A stretch of 64,000 nucleotides of DNA from an uncultured Clostridium sp. (lineage in GTDB: Bacteria; Bacillota; Clostridia; TANB77; CAG-508), in NCBI GenBank assembly GCA_947364715.1, contig CANAUI010000002.1, positions 13,124 through 77,123 of the forward strand, given 5' to 3'. Positions 23,648 to 32,973 of the stretch are shown here, piece by piece (the stretch's first letter is position 1; every line of letters begins with the position of its first letter). The notes below the pieces were generated by a model. That model worked only from the letters and a program-made list of their open reading frames with translations. It did not search any database and had not been told where the DNA came from. The position numbers and the translations under genes are program-made.

Positions 23648-23648
23648 T

Positions 23649-23733
23649 GTGCCAAAATGCCCAGTCCCATTTTGGCAACTCTTTTCACAATGTGCCAAAT
23701 GGGACGGGGCATTTTGGCAACTTTTTTCACAAT
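23649..23733. repeat. Two tandem 42-43 bp units, each carrying a GC-rich REP-like palindrome
   Basis: Unit 1 is gtgccaaaatgcccagtcccattttggcaactcttttcacaat and unit 2 is gtgccaaatgggacggggcattttggcaacttttttcacaat. The stems are identical and the loops are near reverse complements of each other. Confidence 0.7.
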
Positions 23734-23807
23734 ATACTCATTTTTATAAAAAATAAAATAGGGGCAATGTTATATAGGGGCATACATTTTAATACAAGAG
23801 GTGAATA

Positions 23808-24587
23808 ATGCCAAGAACAGCAAGAAAGTATATAACAGGGTCCTTTTTTCATTTAATGACACAAGAAATCAATAGAGAATATATTTTTGAAAACAATAAA
23901 GATAAAGCAGTGTATGAAAAATTCATATTTCTATACAAAGATGAATTTGATGTTAATATATTATCATATTCTATTATGGATAATCACACACATATATTAA
24001 TCAAAGTTGAAACAGTTGAAAACATGTCAAAGTTCATGCACAAAGTAAACACTCAATATGCTATGTATTATAATAAAGAATATGATAGAACAGGATATGT
24101 TTTTAAAAATCGATACAAAGCACAAATGATTGACTCATGGAAACACTTATATAGATGTATAGATTATATTCATGATAACCCAGTAAAGGCCGGAATTTGT
24201 AAAAATAGGAATCAATATCAATATTCTAGTTTTACAAAATTATATCAAGATAGTCAGACAAAAGCGATGACAGTATTAGAAAGATATCTTAAAGATGGTC
24301 TTATAAATCAAAATCATGATAGAGATGAAAACACTTCAAAAGGCAATGATAATATAATTTTTTTAGAAAATACAGATGAAGATAAAAGAAGTATATGTCA
24401 AAAGGAAATAGATAAATATATACTAGAAAAACAAATAGACAAAAATATTTTGATAAAGAATAGAGAAAATTTAAGGGAAATAGTTATTAGGTTGAAATCT
24501 AAAAAGATTTCATATAGAATAATGTCAGAAAAATTAGGTATTGGAAGAGAAACATTAAGAAGATTGAATACAGAATTGAGTAAATAG
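23808..24587 (+). CDS. REP-associated tyrosine transposase-like protein (IS200-like Y1/HUH fold, COG1943 RayT type) with a C-terminal HTH-like tail
   Basis: The sequence fits the RayT consensus as I remember it: R..RK...G.FFH.M...(I)N...IF, the HUH motif MDNHTHILI, and GYVFKNRYKAQ.I with the catalytic Tyr region and YIH.NPVKAGI. The tail carries ISYRIMSEKLGIGRETLRRL. Confidence 0.8.
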   Translation: MPRTARKYITGSFFHLMTQEINREYIFENNKDKAVYEKFIFLYKDEFDVNILSYSIMDNHTHILIKVETVENMSKFMHKVNTQYAMYYNKEYDRTGYVFKNRYKAQMIDSWKHLYRCIDYIHDNPVKAGICKNRNQYQYSSFTKLYQDSQTKAMTVLERYLKDGLINQNHDRDENTSKGNDNIIFLENTDEDKRSICQKEIDKYILEKQIDKNILIKNRENLREIVIRLKSKKISYRIMSEKLGIGRETLRRLNTELSK

Positions 24588-25724
24588 ATGGGAGAGAATA
24601 TGGGAACAAGAATAAAGGAAGATTGTTATATAAAGGCAATAAAAACAATAAAGAAATATAGATTAATAAGTCCAGGAGACAAACTAGTTGTTGGTGTGTC
24701 AGGAGGACCTGATTCTATGTGTTTGTTAGAGATTTTGACAAGAATAAAACATCAAAGTTGCCAAAATGGCACGTCCCCTTTGGCAAGTTTTGATTTTGTG
24801 GTTGCCCATGTTAATCATATGATTAGAGAAGAAGCAAAAGAAGATGAACAATATGTCAAAAATTATTGTATAAAAAATGATATACAATTTTACACAAAAA
24901 GTATAGATGTTAAAAAAATGGCTAATACTAATAAAATCAGCATAGAAGAAGCTGGAAGAAATGCAAGACATGAATTTTTTTATGAAATATTACAGAAAGT
25001 AAGAGCAAATAAGATTGCTATTGCACATAACAAAAATGATAAAGTAGAGACCATAATTATGAATGAATTAAGAGGTTGTGGTATAAAAGGATTAAAAGGA
25101 ATTGAACCAGCAAGAGATAGATATATTAGGCCATTAATTGAATGTGAAAGAAAAGAAATAGAACAATATTGTGAAGAAAATAATATAAAACCAAGAATTG
25201 ATAAAACTAATTTTGAAAATATTTATACTAGAAACAAAATTAGAAATGTTGTTATTCCATATATAAAGAAAGAATTTAATCCTAATGTTATTGAAACAAT
25301 AAATAGACTTTCTGAACTTGTAATAGAACAAGAAGAATATATACAAAAACAAACTGAAAAGATTTATGAACAAATTGTTATAGAAGAAAATTTAAACTTA
25401 CAATTGCAAAAAGAAAATATTTCAACTAAACAGTTAATGGAGCAAGATAAAAAAACTATACAAGACAAAAAAACTGCACAAGATAATGAATATATTTTAT
25501 TAGATTTGAAAAGATTTAATGAACAAGAAAAAGTAATAAAATCAAATATAATTTTATATACTATAACAAGACTTTTTAATATGGGTAAAGGAATTGAGAA
25601 AATACATATAGAAGATATTATAAAATTATGTTTAAATAATGTTGGAAATAAATTTTTAATGCCAAATAAAAATTTGAAAATTTTTATTAAAAATGGACAA
25701 ATAAAAATTTCTAAGGAAGTATAA
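24588..25724 (+). CDS. tilS: tRNA(Ile)-lysidine synthetase
   Basis: PP-loop VGVSGGPDSMCLL plus HVNHMIREE. The start is either ATG 24588, which abuts the upstream TAG, or ATG 24600 after GGGAGAG. Confidence 0.9.
   Translation: MGENMGTRIKEDCYIKAIKTIKKYRLISPGDKLVVGVSGGPDSMCLLEILTRIKHQSCQNGTSPLASFDFVVAHVNHMIREEAKEDEQYVKNYCIKNDIQFYTKSIDVKKMANTNKISIEEAGRNARHEFFYEILQKVRANKIAIAHNKNDKVETIIMNELRGCGIKGLKGIEPARDRYIRPLIECERKEIEQYCEENNIKPRIDKTNFENIYTRNKIRNVVIPYIKKEFNPNVIETINRLSELVIEQEEYIQKQTEKIYEQIVIEENLNLQLQKENISTKQLMEQDKKTIQDKKTAQDNEYILLDLKRFNEQEKVIKSNIILYTITRLFNMGKGIEKIHIEDIIKLCLNNVGNKFLMPNKNLKIFIKNGQIKISKEV
24759..24785 (+). repeat. 27-nt REP-like palindrome inserted in-frame inside tilS
   Basis: tgccaaaatggcacgtcccctttggca is codon-aligned and encodes CQNGTSPLA. 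It belongs to the same family as the copies at 23650-23677 and 23693-23719. Confidence 0.65.
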
Positions 25725-25910
25725 GTAGCCGTAATATTTTAGAAAATAGATATAAATTGTAACAAAAAAGAAATACAAAAAACTATTGAAAAAGAAAAAA
25801 CAATATGATAGAGTGCTGGAAAATAATAAAAATGCACAAATATTGTGTAAATAAAAAACAAAAGGATTGATGTTATATTTAATATAACAGAATAAAGAGG
25901 AGGAATTGTT

Positions 25911-27725
25911 TTGAAAAACGGAATAAAAACATTAGCAATGTGGCTAATTATAATTGTAATTTTTTTAGTTGTATTATCTTCAATAGTGGAAAATAGTAAT
26001 TCTAGATTAGCTTATTCAGAATTAATGACAAATATAAATAGCAATAATGTCAAATCTATTGTAATTAATGCTGATGGAAAAACAGCAGAAGTAGAATTAA
26101 AAGATGACAATATGAAAAAAGAAACTAATATACCAGACATGGAAACATTTATGACATATGTGGAAGAATTCATAAATAATGGAAACTTTACATTAGAAGA
26201 AAAATCAGAATCTATCTTTATGGCACTACTTCCATTAGTAACACCATTTGCAATATTAATAGTATTTATACTTTTCTGGTTATTAACAATGGGAGGAAAC
26301 AATAGTGGAGCTCCTGGAAGTAAGACAATGTCATTTGGAAAGAGTAAAGCTAGAATGATGACACCAGCAGATAAAAATAGAATTACATTTGAAGATGTTG
26401 CAGGTGTAGATGAAGAAAAAGAAGAATTAGAAGAAATAGTACAATTCTTAAAAAATCCTAAGAAATTTACAGACATGGGAGCAAGAATACCAAAAGGTGT
26501 TTTATTAGTTGGCCAACCAGGTACAGGTAAAACATTACTTGCAAAAGCAGTAGCTGGAGAAGCAGGAGTACCTTTCTTTATTATAAGTGGATCAGATTTT
26601 GTAGAAATGTTTGTTGGTGTAGGAGCATCAAGAGTAAGAGATTTATTTGACCAAGCTAAGAAAAATGCACCATGTATCATATTTATAGATGAAATTGATG
26701 CTGTTGGACGTCAAAGAGGAGCAGGACTTGGTGGAGGACATGATGAAAGAGAACAAACATTAAACCAATTACTAGTTGAAATGGACGGTTTTGCAGAAAA
26801 TGAGGGTGTTATTGTTTTAGCAGCAACAAATAGACCAGATGTATTAGATAAAGCATTATTAAGGGCTGGCAGATTTGATAGACAAATTGTTGTAGGATTA
26901 CCAGATGTAAAAGCAAGAGAACAAATCTTAGAAGTGCATAGTAGAAAGAAAAGACTAGCAGATGGTGTAGATTTAAAAATTATTGCAAAAAATACATCAG
27001 GATTTGCAGGAGCAGATTTAGAAAATGTATTAAATGAAGCAGCATTACTAGCAGCTAGAAGAAATATGAATGAAATTGGAATGAGAGAAATTGAAGATGC
27101 CATGGTTAAAGTAACAATGGGACCTGAAAAGAAAACAAGAGTAAGAAGTGATAAAGAAAATAAATTGGTAGCTTATCATGAAGCAGGCCATGCAGTTGTT
27201 AGTCATTATTTAGAAACACAAGACCCTGTACATGAGATATCAATAGTACCTAGAGGTATGGCTGGAGGATATACAATGTATAGACCAACAGAAGATAAAA
27301 ATTTCATGTCAAAAACAGAGATGGAAGAAAATATTGTATCACTTTTAGGTGGTAGAGTAGCAGAAGCTCTTATCTTAAATGATATATCAACAGGTGCAAG
27401 TAATGATATAGAAAGAGCAACACAAATTGCAAGAAGTATGGTAACAAAATATGGTATGAGCGAGAAAATAGGAGCATTAATGTTTGGCTCTAGTCAAGAT
27501 GAAGTATTTTTGGGAAGAGATTTTGGCCATGCAAAAGAATATTCAGAAGAAACAGCATCTGTTATTGATGAGGAAACAAAGAGAATTGTAGATACTGGAT
27601 ATAATAGAGCGAAAAAGATATTATCTGATAATGTGGATAAATTACATCAAGTTGCTGGAATTTTATTAGAAAAAGAAAAAATTAATTCTGATGAATTTGA
27701 AGCAATATTTGGAGAAGAACAATAA
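25911..27725 (+). CDS. ftsH: ATP-dependent zinc metalloprotease FtsH
   Basis: Two TM segments, AAA Walker [14 protein letters not shown], Walker B IIFIDEID, and the Zn site HEAGHA. The start is TTG after a GAGGAGG SD. Confidence 0.97.
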   Translation: MKNGIKTLAMWLIIIVIFLVVLSSIVENSNSRLAYSELMTNINSNNVKSIVINADGKTAEVELKDDNMKKETNIPDMETFMTYVEEFINNGNFTLEEKSESIFMALLPLVTPFAILIVFILFWLLTMGGNNSGAPGSKTMSFGKSKARMMTPADKNRITFEDVAGVDEEKEELEEIVQFLKNPKKFTDMGARIPKGVLLVGQPGTGKTLLAKAVAGEAGVPFFIISGSDFVEMFVGVGASRVRDLFDQAKKNAPCIIFIDEIDAVGRQRGAGLGGGHDEREQTLNQLLVEMDGFAENEGVIVLAATNRPDVLDKALLRAGRFDRQIVVGLPDVKAREQILEVHSRKKRLADGVDLKIIAKNTSGFAGADLENVLNEAALLAARRNMNEIGMREIEDAMVKVTMGPEKKTRVRSDKENKLVAYHEAGHAVVSHYLETQDPVHEISIVPRGMAGGYTMYRPTEDKNFMSKTEMEENIVSLLGGRVAEALILNDISTGASNDIERATQIARSMVTKYGMSEKIGALMFGSSQDEVFLGRDFGHAKEYSEETASVIDEETKRIVDTGYNRAKKILSDNVDKLHQVAGILLEKEKINSDEFEAIFGEEQ

Positions 27726-27738
27726 AATACAAAATATA

Positions 27739-27777
27739 AAGAAAGTAGCAAATTATATTGCTATTTTCTTTTTTTTA
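27739..27777 (+). terminator. Rho-independent terminator after ftsH
   Basis: aagaaagtagca / tgctattttctt stem (one mismatch) running into a T-run. Confidence 0.6.
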
Positions 27778-27822
27778 ATATAAAATAAAATTACAAAATA
27801 AAAATAAAATAGAGGAATAGAT

Positions 27823-28419
27823 ATGAAAGATTATTATGGGATTTTAGAAGTGAATGAAAAAGCATCACAAGAAATTATAGAGAAAGCATACAAGACATTA
27901 GCAAAAAAATATCATCCAGACTTATATTCATCTGTTGAGAAAAGAGAAGCAGAAAAAAAGATGAAAGATATTAATGAAGCATACAATATAATATCAAATA
28001 GTTTCTTAAGAACACAATATGATTTGGAATTACAAAAAGAGAGAACTAGTAGGCAAGTGAATAAAGACATAAATGAAAATGATGTTCAAGAATATCAACA
28101 AAGTAATAAAGAAAAAGAAAATCAATTTATACCAAAAAATAGAGAGGAAAAACAAAAAACAGAACATGTGCCAAATAACAGTAATGTTGGGACAATATTT
28201 GGAATCATAGATTTAGTGAAAGTATTATGGACAAATAAACCAAAAAGTAGACAAAAAAGAAAAATAAATCAGAATGATTGGATAGCTGTAGGATTAACAA
28301 TTGTAGCAGTACTTATTATTGGTGGTATATTATGGGTTATACCATTTACAAATAGTTGGATGAGACAATTATTATTTGAAAATCCAATATTTGACTTTAT
28401 AGGAGGCTTGTTTTCTTAA
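27823..28419 (+). CDS. J-domain (DnaJ-like) protein with a C-terminal TM anchor
   Basis: DYYGILEV...[12 protein letters not shown]-domain signature and a C-terminal hydrophobic stretch ([22 protein letters not shown]). Confidence 0.8.
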   Translation: MKDYYGILEVNEKASQEIIEKAYKTLAKKYHPDLYSSVEKREAEKKMKDINEAYNIISNSFLRTQYDLELQKERTSRQVNKDINENDVQEYQQSNKEKENQFIPKNREEKQKTEHVPNNSNVGTIFGIIDLVKVLWTNKPKSRQKRKINQNDWIAVGLTIVAVLIIGGILWVIPFTNSWMRQLLFENPIFDFIGGLFS

Positions 28420-28422
28420 TTA

Positions 28423-28492
28423 TTCACGGACAATAAATATTTATTTTGAACTAACGACAAATGTGTTGAGGAATAAATCTATAAGTTCTTAG
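28423..28492. repeat. Truncated half copy of the 8128-8329 inverted-repeat element
   Basis: ttcacggacaataaatatttattttgaactaacgacaaatgtgttgaggaataaatctataagttcttag aligns at roughly 80% (by eye) to the reverse complement of 8254-8325. Confidence 0.5.
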
Positions 28493-28880
28493 GAAAAATA
28501 AATGAATTAAATGTTATGAAGTAGTTTTAGAAGATGGACATTATACAGAAGAAGAAAAGAAAAATTTTATGGGAATTGCAAAAAACGGTTATTCTTTCTT
28601 TTTCAAATATGCACGTTTAGGAGGTTTAGAAATTGCCTAGTATTTTTGAATTAAAACGGATATAAAATTTATTTTTGGACAAATTTTAAAATTATTTATT
28701 AGTATTTTTTTAACACATAAAATTACATAATATTTTGAATATTGCAACTGTCTCTTTTTTAAATTTTTTGAAATACTTTTTCTTATTTTCTTTAAACTTC
28801 TATTTTGTAGCTTTTTTACTTGATTTTTATATTTGGAGAAATTTTTTCATGGTTTTATCCTGTTTAAGAAAATAATTCTA

Positions 28881-28909
28881 TTGACAAGCAATAACCAATA
28901 ATGTATAAT
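28881..28909 (+). promoter_or_regulatory. Near-consensus sigma-A promoter for rpsU
   Basis: TTGACA, a 17-nt spacer and TATAAT, with TG at the extended -10 position. Confidence 0.6.
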
Positions 28910-28975
28910 ATATATTGTTGAAGAAGGGTTATCCCAACATACAGTTTTCGTATGACCGGAAGGAGGGGAATTTAA

Positions 28976-29146
28976 ATGTTAGAAATAAAAGTTAATAATG
29001 GTAATATAGAAGATGCTCTAAAAAGATTTAAAAGACAATGTGCTAGAAATGGAGTATTGCAAGAAGTTCGTAAGAGAGAGCATTATGAAAAACCTAGTGT
29101 AAAAAGAAAGAAAAAATCTGAGGCAGCAAGAAAAAGAAAATTTTAA
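28976..29146 (+). CDS. rpsU: 30S ribosomal protein S21 (missing from the ORF track because it is under 60 aa)
   Basis: My own translation is [56 protein letters not shown], 56 aa. A GGAGGGG SD lies upstream. Confidence 0.9.
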   Translation: MLEIKVNNGNIEDALKRFKRQCARNGVLQEVRKREHYEKPSVKRKKKSEAARKRKF

Positions 29147-29154
29147 TACATAAA

Positions 29155-29192
29155 AACAAGATATTAATAAAAAATTAATGTCTTGTTTTTTC
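29155..29192 (+). terminator. Rho-independent terminator after rpsU
   Basis: 14-bp stem aacaagatattaat / attaatgtcttgtt (one G-U pair) followed by T5. Confidence 0.75.
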
Positions 29193-29196
29193 ATAT

Positions 29197-29337
29197 TATA
29201 GAAAGTTCTCTGAACTTCCTATAACATAAAGCATTACACAGAAAATTGCTTTGCAATTTTAGCGGGTGAACAAAGACGAGGCATGAAGAGTAATCTAAAA
29301 GGTCATAAAATTTTAATCATGCCTCTTTTGTTCTATA
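29197..29337 (+). repeat. Modular intergenic repeat, copy C1 (modules 1-3)
   Basis: Module 1 is tata-gaaagttc..gaacttcc-tata. Module 2 is ataaagcattacacagaaaattgc-ttt-gcaatttt. Module 3 is gaacaaag..ggcatga..(loop)..tcatgcc..cttttgttc. See the related copies at 35428, 52463, 55928 and 61621. Confidence 0.6.
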
Positions 29338-29578
29338 TAAGTAAACTAAAAAATACAAAACTTTTAAACATATTTTTGCACATAGAAAACTAAATAAGGT
29401 TAATATTGTAATATAACTACTATGAATTGTAACAATATTATTAAATTTTCGTGACGTTTTATAAAATCATGTAGACAAATTTTGATATAAAATATATAAT
29501 AAAATCATAAAACTATATTATGTGATTAAAATATCAATAAATCACATAAAAATATAATAAAATAGGAGAAAAAAGGAA

Positions 29579-32500
29579 ATGATTAAAAAACTAAAGAAAA
29601 TGTTTATTGTAATAGCATTATTAGTTTTTACACTAATTTTATTAGCAGATTACAAAGTATTGGCAACTAATAGTGAAAATGTATTTCAAAAAGTTGAATA
29701 TACAGAGGAATTTAAAAAATGGTTAGAACTTTCTGAAGAAGAAAAGAAAGATACTATGATGCCTAGAATGTATGAAATACCATATACAAAAATGGAATAT
29801 ACTAATCCAATATATAATGCAAAAATTCTAAAAGCAAGTATTAACCCAAAATATAATTTAAAAGATGTAATTCCAGAAAACTTAACAATAAGAAATCAGC
29901 AACAAACAAATACATGTTGGGCTTTTGCAAGAATATCTTCATTAGAGACAAACCTTGCTTTATCTAATTATAAAAAAGGAATAAATTTATCAATAGTATA
30001 TGATTTTTCAGAAAGACATATGGAATATGCTACAAGTAGATATTTTTTAAACAATGAAGAAAATCCAAATGGATATAATAGAACTGTTGGAAGTGGTGGA
30101 ACTATTTTAATGGCTGATTCATATTTGGCAAATGGATATGGAGCAGTATTAGAATCTGAAATGCCATTTGAAAATAACGAAAATATTATAGATATTAACC
30201 AAATAAAAAATAAAACAATATCTAGTCAATTATATGATACAGTAGATTTTCCAGACTACCAACAAGAATCAGGTGAAAATAAAACTGAAATTATGAATGA
30301 AATTAAGCAACATATACAAAATTATGGTTCAATATATGCAGGTTTACATGGAGCTTCTGCTAGTACTTCTGATTTTAGTTGTTATAATGAGAGTACTGCT
30401 GGAAAATTTTGTGATAATATAGAGGAACACCCATCAGACCATGCTATTTCAATTATTGGTTGGGATGATAATTATAGTATTAATAATTTTGCTGAAGATT
30501 CAAGACCTAAATCAAATGGAGCATGGATTGTAAGAAACTCTTGGGGTGAAAAAAATGAAATTGGAAATGTAAGCGAATTAAGAATAGTAATATTTGACAA
30601 GTTTGCAGATGAATGTATTGCAAATGGTTGGAATAGTGCAGAAGAAATACCAAATGAATTTGTAAATAATATAGCAGAACAAAATAATTGGATAATTGAA
30701 AATGATATTGTATATGCAAAATATGGAGATAATGGACTTATTTATGTATCTTATGAAGATGTAAATATCTCAACAGAGATGTCTGGAATAGTTAAAGCAA
30801 ATGATAGTGTTAATTATGAAAATATATATGCTTATGATGAACTTGGAATGAGTATGGTTATGCAAATGAATGGCTCAAATGTAATGTTAAGTAATATATT
30901 TGATAAAAAGACAAATGGAACAGAATATTTAAACCAAATATCATTATATGCACCTGATGCATATACATGTAAAGTATATGTAAATCCTAATGGAACAAGT
31001 AGAACAAAAAAAGATTTACAATTAGTACAATTAAAATCAGGAGAAACAGAAACATTTAATGCAGGTTATCATACATTAGAATTTGCTAAACCTATTAAAA
31101 TAAATTCAAATTCTTTTGCAGTAGTTGTAGAGATTCAAAGTCATACAAATAAAACCATTTTTGCAATGGAAGGAAAACCAAATATTTCAATTGGTAATCC
31201 ATATGCAAATGTAAAAATTGAAAATGAAAAATGTTTTGTTGCTATTGGGAATGATTTAGAAAATCCTAAATGGTATGATTTAGGTAAACTTTCACAATCT
31301 GGTTTAGGAATATTATTACCTAATGGTGACAGTACAATAAAAGCTTTCACAACATCAGAATTAATGGATGAAACTTTAAAAAATATTGAAATAACAACAC
31401 CACCTACTAAAACATCATATTTTGAAGGAGAAGATTTTGATAAAACAGGAATGGTTGTAAAAGCAAATTATAATAGCAAAACAAAACCTTCTGTAATATT
31501 AGATAGTTCAAGTTATAGTATTACAAATGGAACAAATTTAAAATCAGGACAAACAAGTGTAACTATAACATATGAGGATAAAAGTGTAGAACAACCAATA
31601 ACAGTAGAAAAAAATGATATAGTAGAATTAAAAATAACAACACCACCTACTAAACTAGAGTATAAAGAAGGAGAAAACTTTGACAGAACAGGAATGGTTG
31701 TAAAAGCAATATCAAAAGATGGAACTGAAAGAGAAATAACAGATTATACAATTGAAAATGGAAATAACTTAAAAGTTAATCAAACAGAAGTAACTATTTG
31801 TTATGGAGAAAAAACAGTTAATCAAGCAATAACAGTAACACCTAATCCATTAACACAAATAAATATAACAAAAGCACCTAATAAAACTAAATATGTAGTT
31901 GGACAAAATTTTGATAAAACTGGTATGGTTGTTACAGGAACTTATCAAGATGGTTTAACTCAAGAAATAACAGACTATACAATTGAAAATGGAACAAATT
32001 TAAAAGTAGGACAAACAAGTGTAACTATAAAATATGAAGACAAAAGTGTAGACCAATCAATAACAGTAGAAGAAAAAGCAATTACAGGAATATCAATTAG
32101 TAAAAAACCTTCAAAAACAAAATATATACAAAATAAAGAAGAATTAGACTTAACAGGTGGATTATTAAAAATCAGTTATAATGATAATTCTAGTGAAGAA
32201 ATAGACTTAACTTCAGAAGAAGTTAAAGCTACAGGTTTTGATAATAAAGAATTAGGAAAAAATACTATAACTATAACATATCAATCTAAAACAACTACTT
32301 TTGATGTAGAAATAGTAGCACAAGAAACTCCTAAAAATTCTAACTTTGACAAAGCTAATTGTGATATAAATAGTGTTAAATATTATACATTTACTGATAA
32401 AGACACAAAAGAATATTTTGTAATAGATATGACAGTAAATGGAATAGTTAAAAATACAAATAATGATAGTTATGAATATTATTACTATTTATCTTCAAAT

Positions 32501-32917
32501 CAAGATGAAACTAATATACAAGATTGGGTAAAAATAACAGAAAACCAAACTTCTAAAGATAAACTTCAATTTAAAATAAACACAAAAGATATTAAAAATT
32601 ATGCAGAAGTTTCAGACTCTAATACAGTATATTTATATATAAAAGAAGTAGCAATAAAAGGAGGAAATCAATCAGTAGCTATATCAAAATCTATGAAAAT
32701 GGATACAGATGTAGAAGTAGAAATTTATTTAGATAATGTAAAAGTTGATAATGTTAATTCTGACAATAATGGAAATACTGATACACCTAATAAGACACCT
32801 CCAAGTAGATTGCCTAACGCAGGACTTAGAACTGTAATGATTTTAGTATTAATAGTTTCAGCAGTAAGTATTGTAGTTTATATTAGGTATAAAAATTTAA
32901 GTAAATATATTAAATAA
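29579..32917 (+). CDS. Cell-surface papain-like (C1 family) cysteine peptidase with four Big_3-type Ig-like repeats and an LPxTG-like sorting signal
   Basis: Signal peptide present. The catalytic set is QQQTNTCWAF (Gln/Cys), DHAISIIGWD (His) and NSWG (Asn). The repeat ITTPPTK..Y.EGE.FD.TGMVV.A occurs four times. The C-terminus is LPNAG, a TM segment and a basic tail. Confidence 0.85.
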   Translation: MIKKLKKMFIVIALLVFTLILLADYKVLATNSENVFQKVEYTEEFKKWLELSEEEKKDTMMPRMYEIPYTKMEYTNPIYNAKILKASINPKYNLKDVIPENLTIRNQQQTNTCWAFARISSLETNLALSNYKKGINLSIVYDFSERHMEYATSRYFLNNEENPNGYNRTVGSGGTILMADSYLANGYGAVLESEMPFENNENIIDINQIKNKTISSQLYDTVDFPDYQQESGENKTEIMNEIKQHIQNYGSIYAGLHGASASTSDFSCYNESTAGKFCDNIEEHPSDHAISIIGWDDNYSINNFAEDSRPKSNGAWIVRNSWGEKNEIGNVSELRIVIFDKFADECIANGWNSAEEIPNEFVNNIAEQNNWIIENDIVYAKYGDNGLIYVSYEDVNISTEMSGIVKANDSVNYENIYAYDELGMSMVMQMNGSNVMLSNIFDKKTNGTEYLNQISLYAPDAYTCKVYVNPNGTSRTKKDLQLVQLKSGETETFNAGYHTLEFAKPIKINSNSFAVVVEIQSHTNKTIFAMEGKPNISIGNPYANVKIENEKCFVAIGNDLENPKWYDLGKLSQSGLGILLPNGDSTIKAFTTSELMDETLKNIEITTPPTKTSYFEGEDFDKTGMVVKANYNSKTKPSVILDSSSYSITNGTNLKSGQTSVTITYEDKSVEQPITVEKNDIVELKITTPPTKLEYKEGENFDRTGMVVKAISKDGTEREITDYTIENGNNLKVNQTEVTICYGEKTVNQAITVTPNPLTQINITKAPNKTKYVVGQNFDKTGMVVTGTYQDGLTQEITDYTIENGTNLKVGQTSVTIKYEDKSVDQSITVEEKAITGISISKKPSKTKYIQNKEELDLTGGLLKISYNDNSSEEIDLTSEEVKATGFDNKELGKNTITITYQSKTTTFDVEIVAQETPKNSNFDKANCDINSVKYYTFTDKDTKEYFVIDMTVNGIVKNTNNDSYEYYYYLSSNQDETNIQDWVKITENQTSKDKLQFKINTKDIKNYAEVSDSNTVYLYIKEVAIKGGNQSVAISKSMKMDTDVEVEIYLDNVKVDNVNSDNNGNTDTPNKTPPSRLPNAGLRTVMILVLIVSAVSIVVYIRYKNLSKYIK

Positions 32918-32973
32918 AAAATAAACTTAATAAATAATAATTTATAGTTGAAAATCAGATAAGAGGTATTCAT

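Noticed and set aside
26012-27103. 222-aa and 130-aa minus-strand ORFs inside ftsH.
   Set aside because: They are antisense to a textbook FtsH. No independent signals support them.
28506-28640. Open frame ending ...CYEVVLEDGHYTEEEKKNFMGIAKNGYSFFFKYARLGGLEIA*, which looks like the C-terminus of a real protein.
   Set aside because: It begins right after an in-frame TGA and has no plausible start or SD. At most it is a gene remnant next to the truncated repeat copy, and I cannot identify the family. It is not reported as a pseudogene feature.
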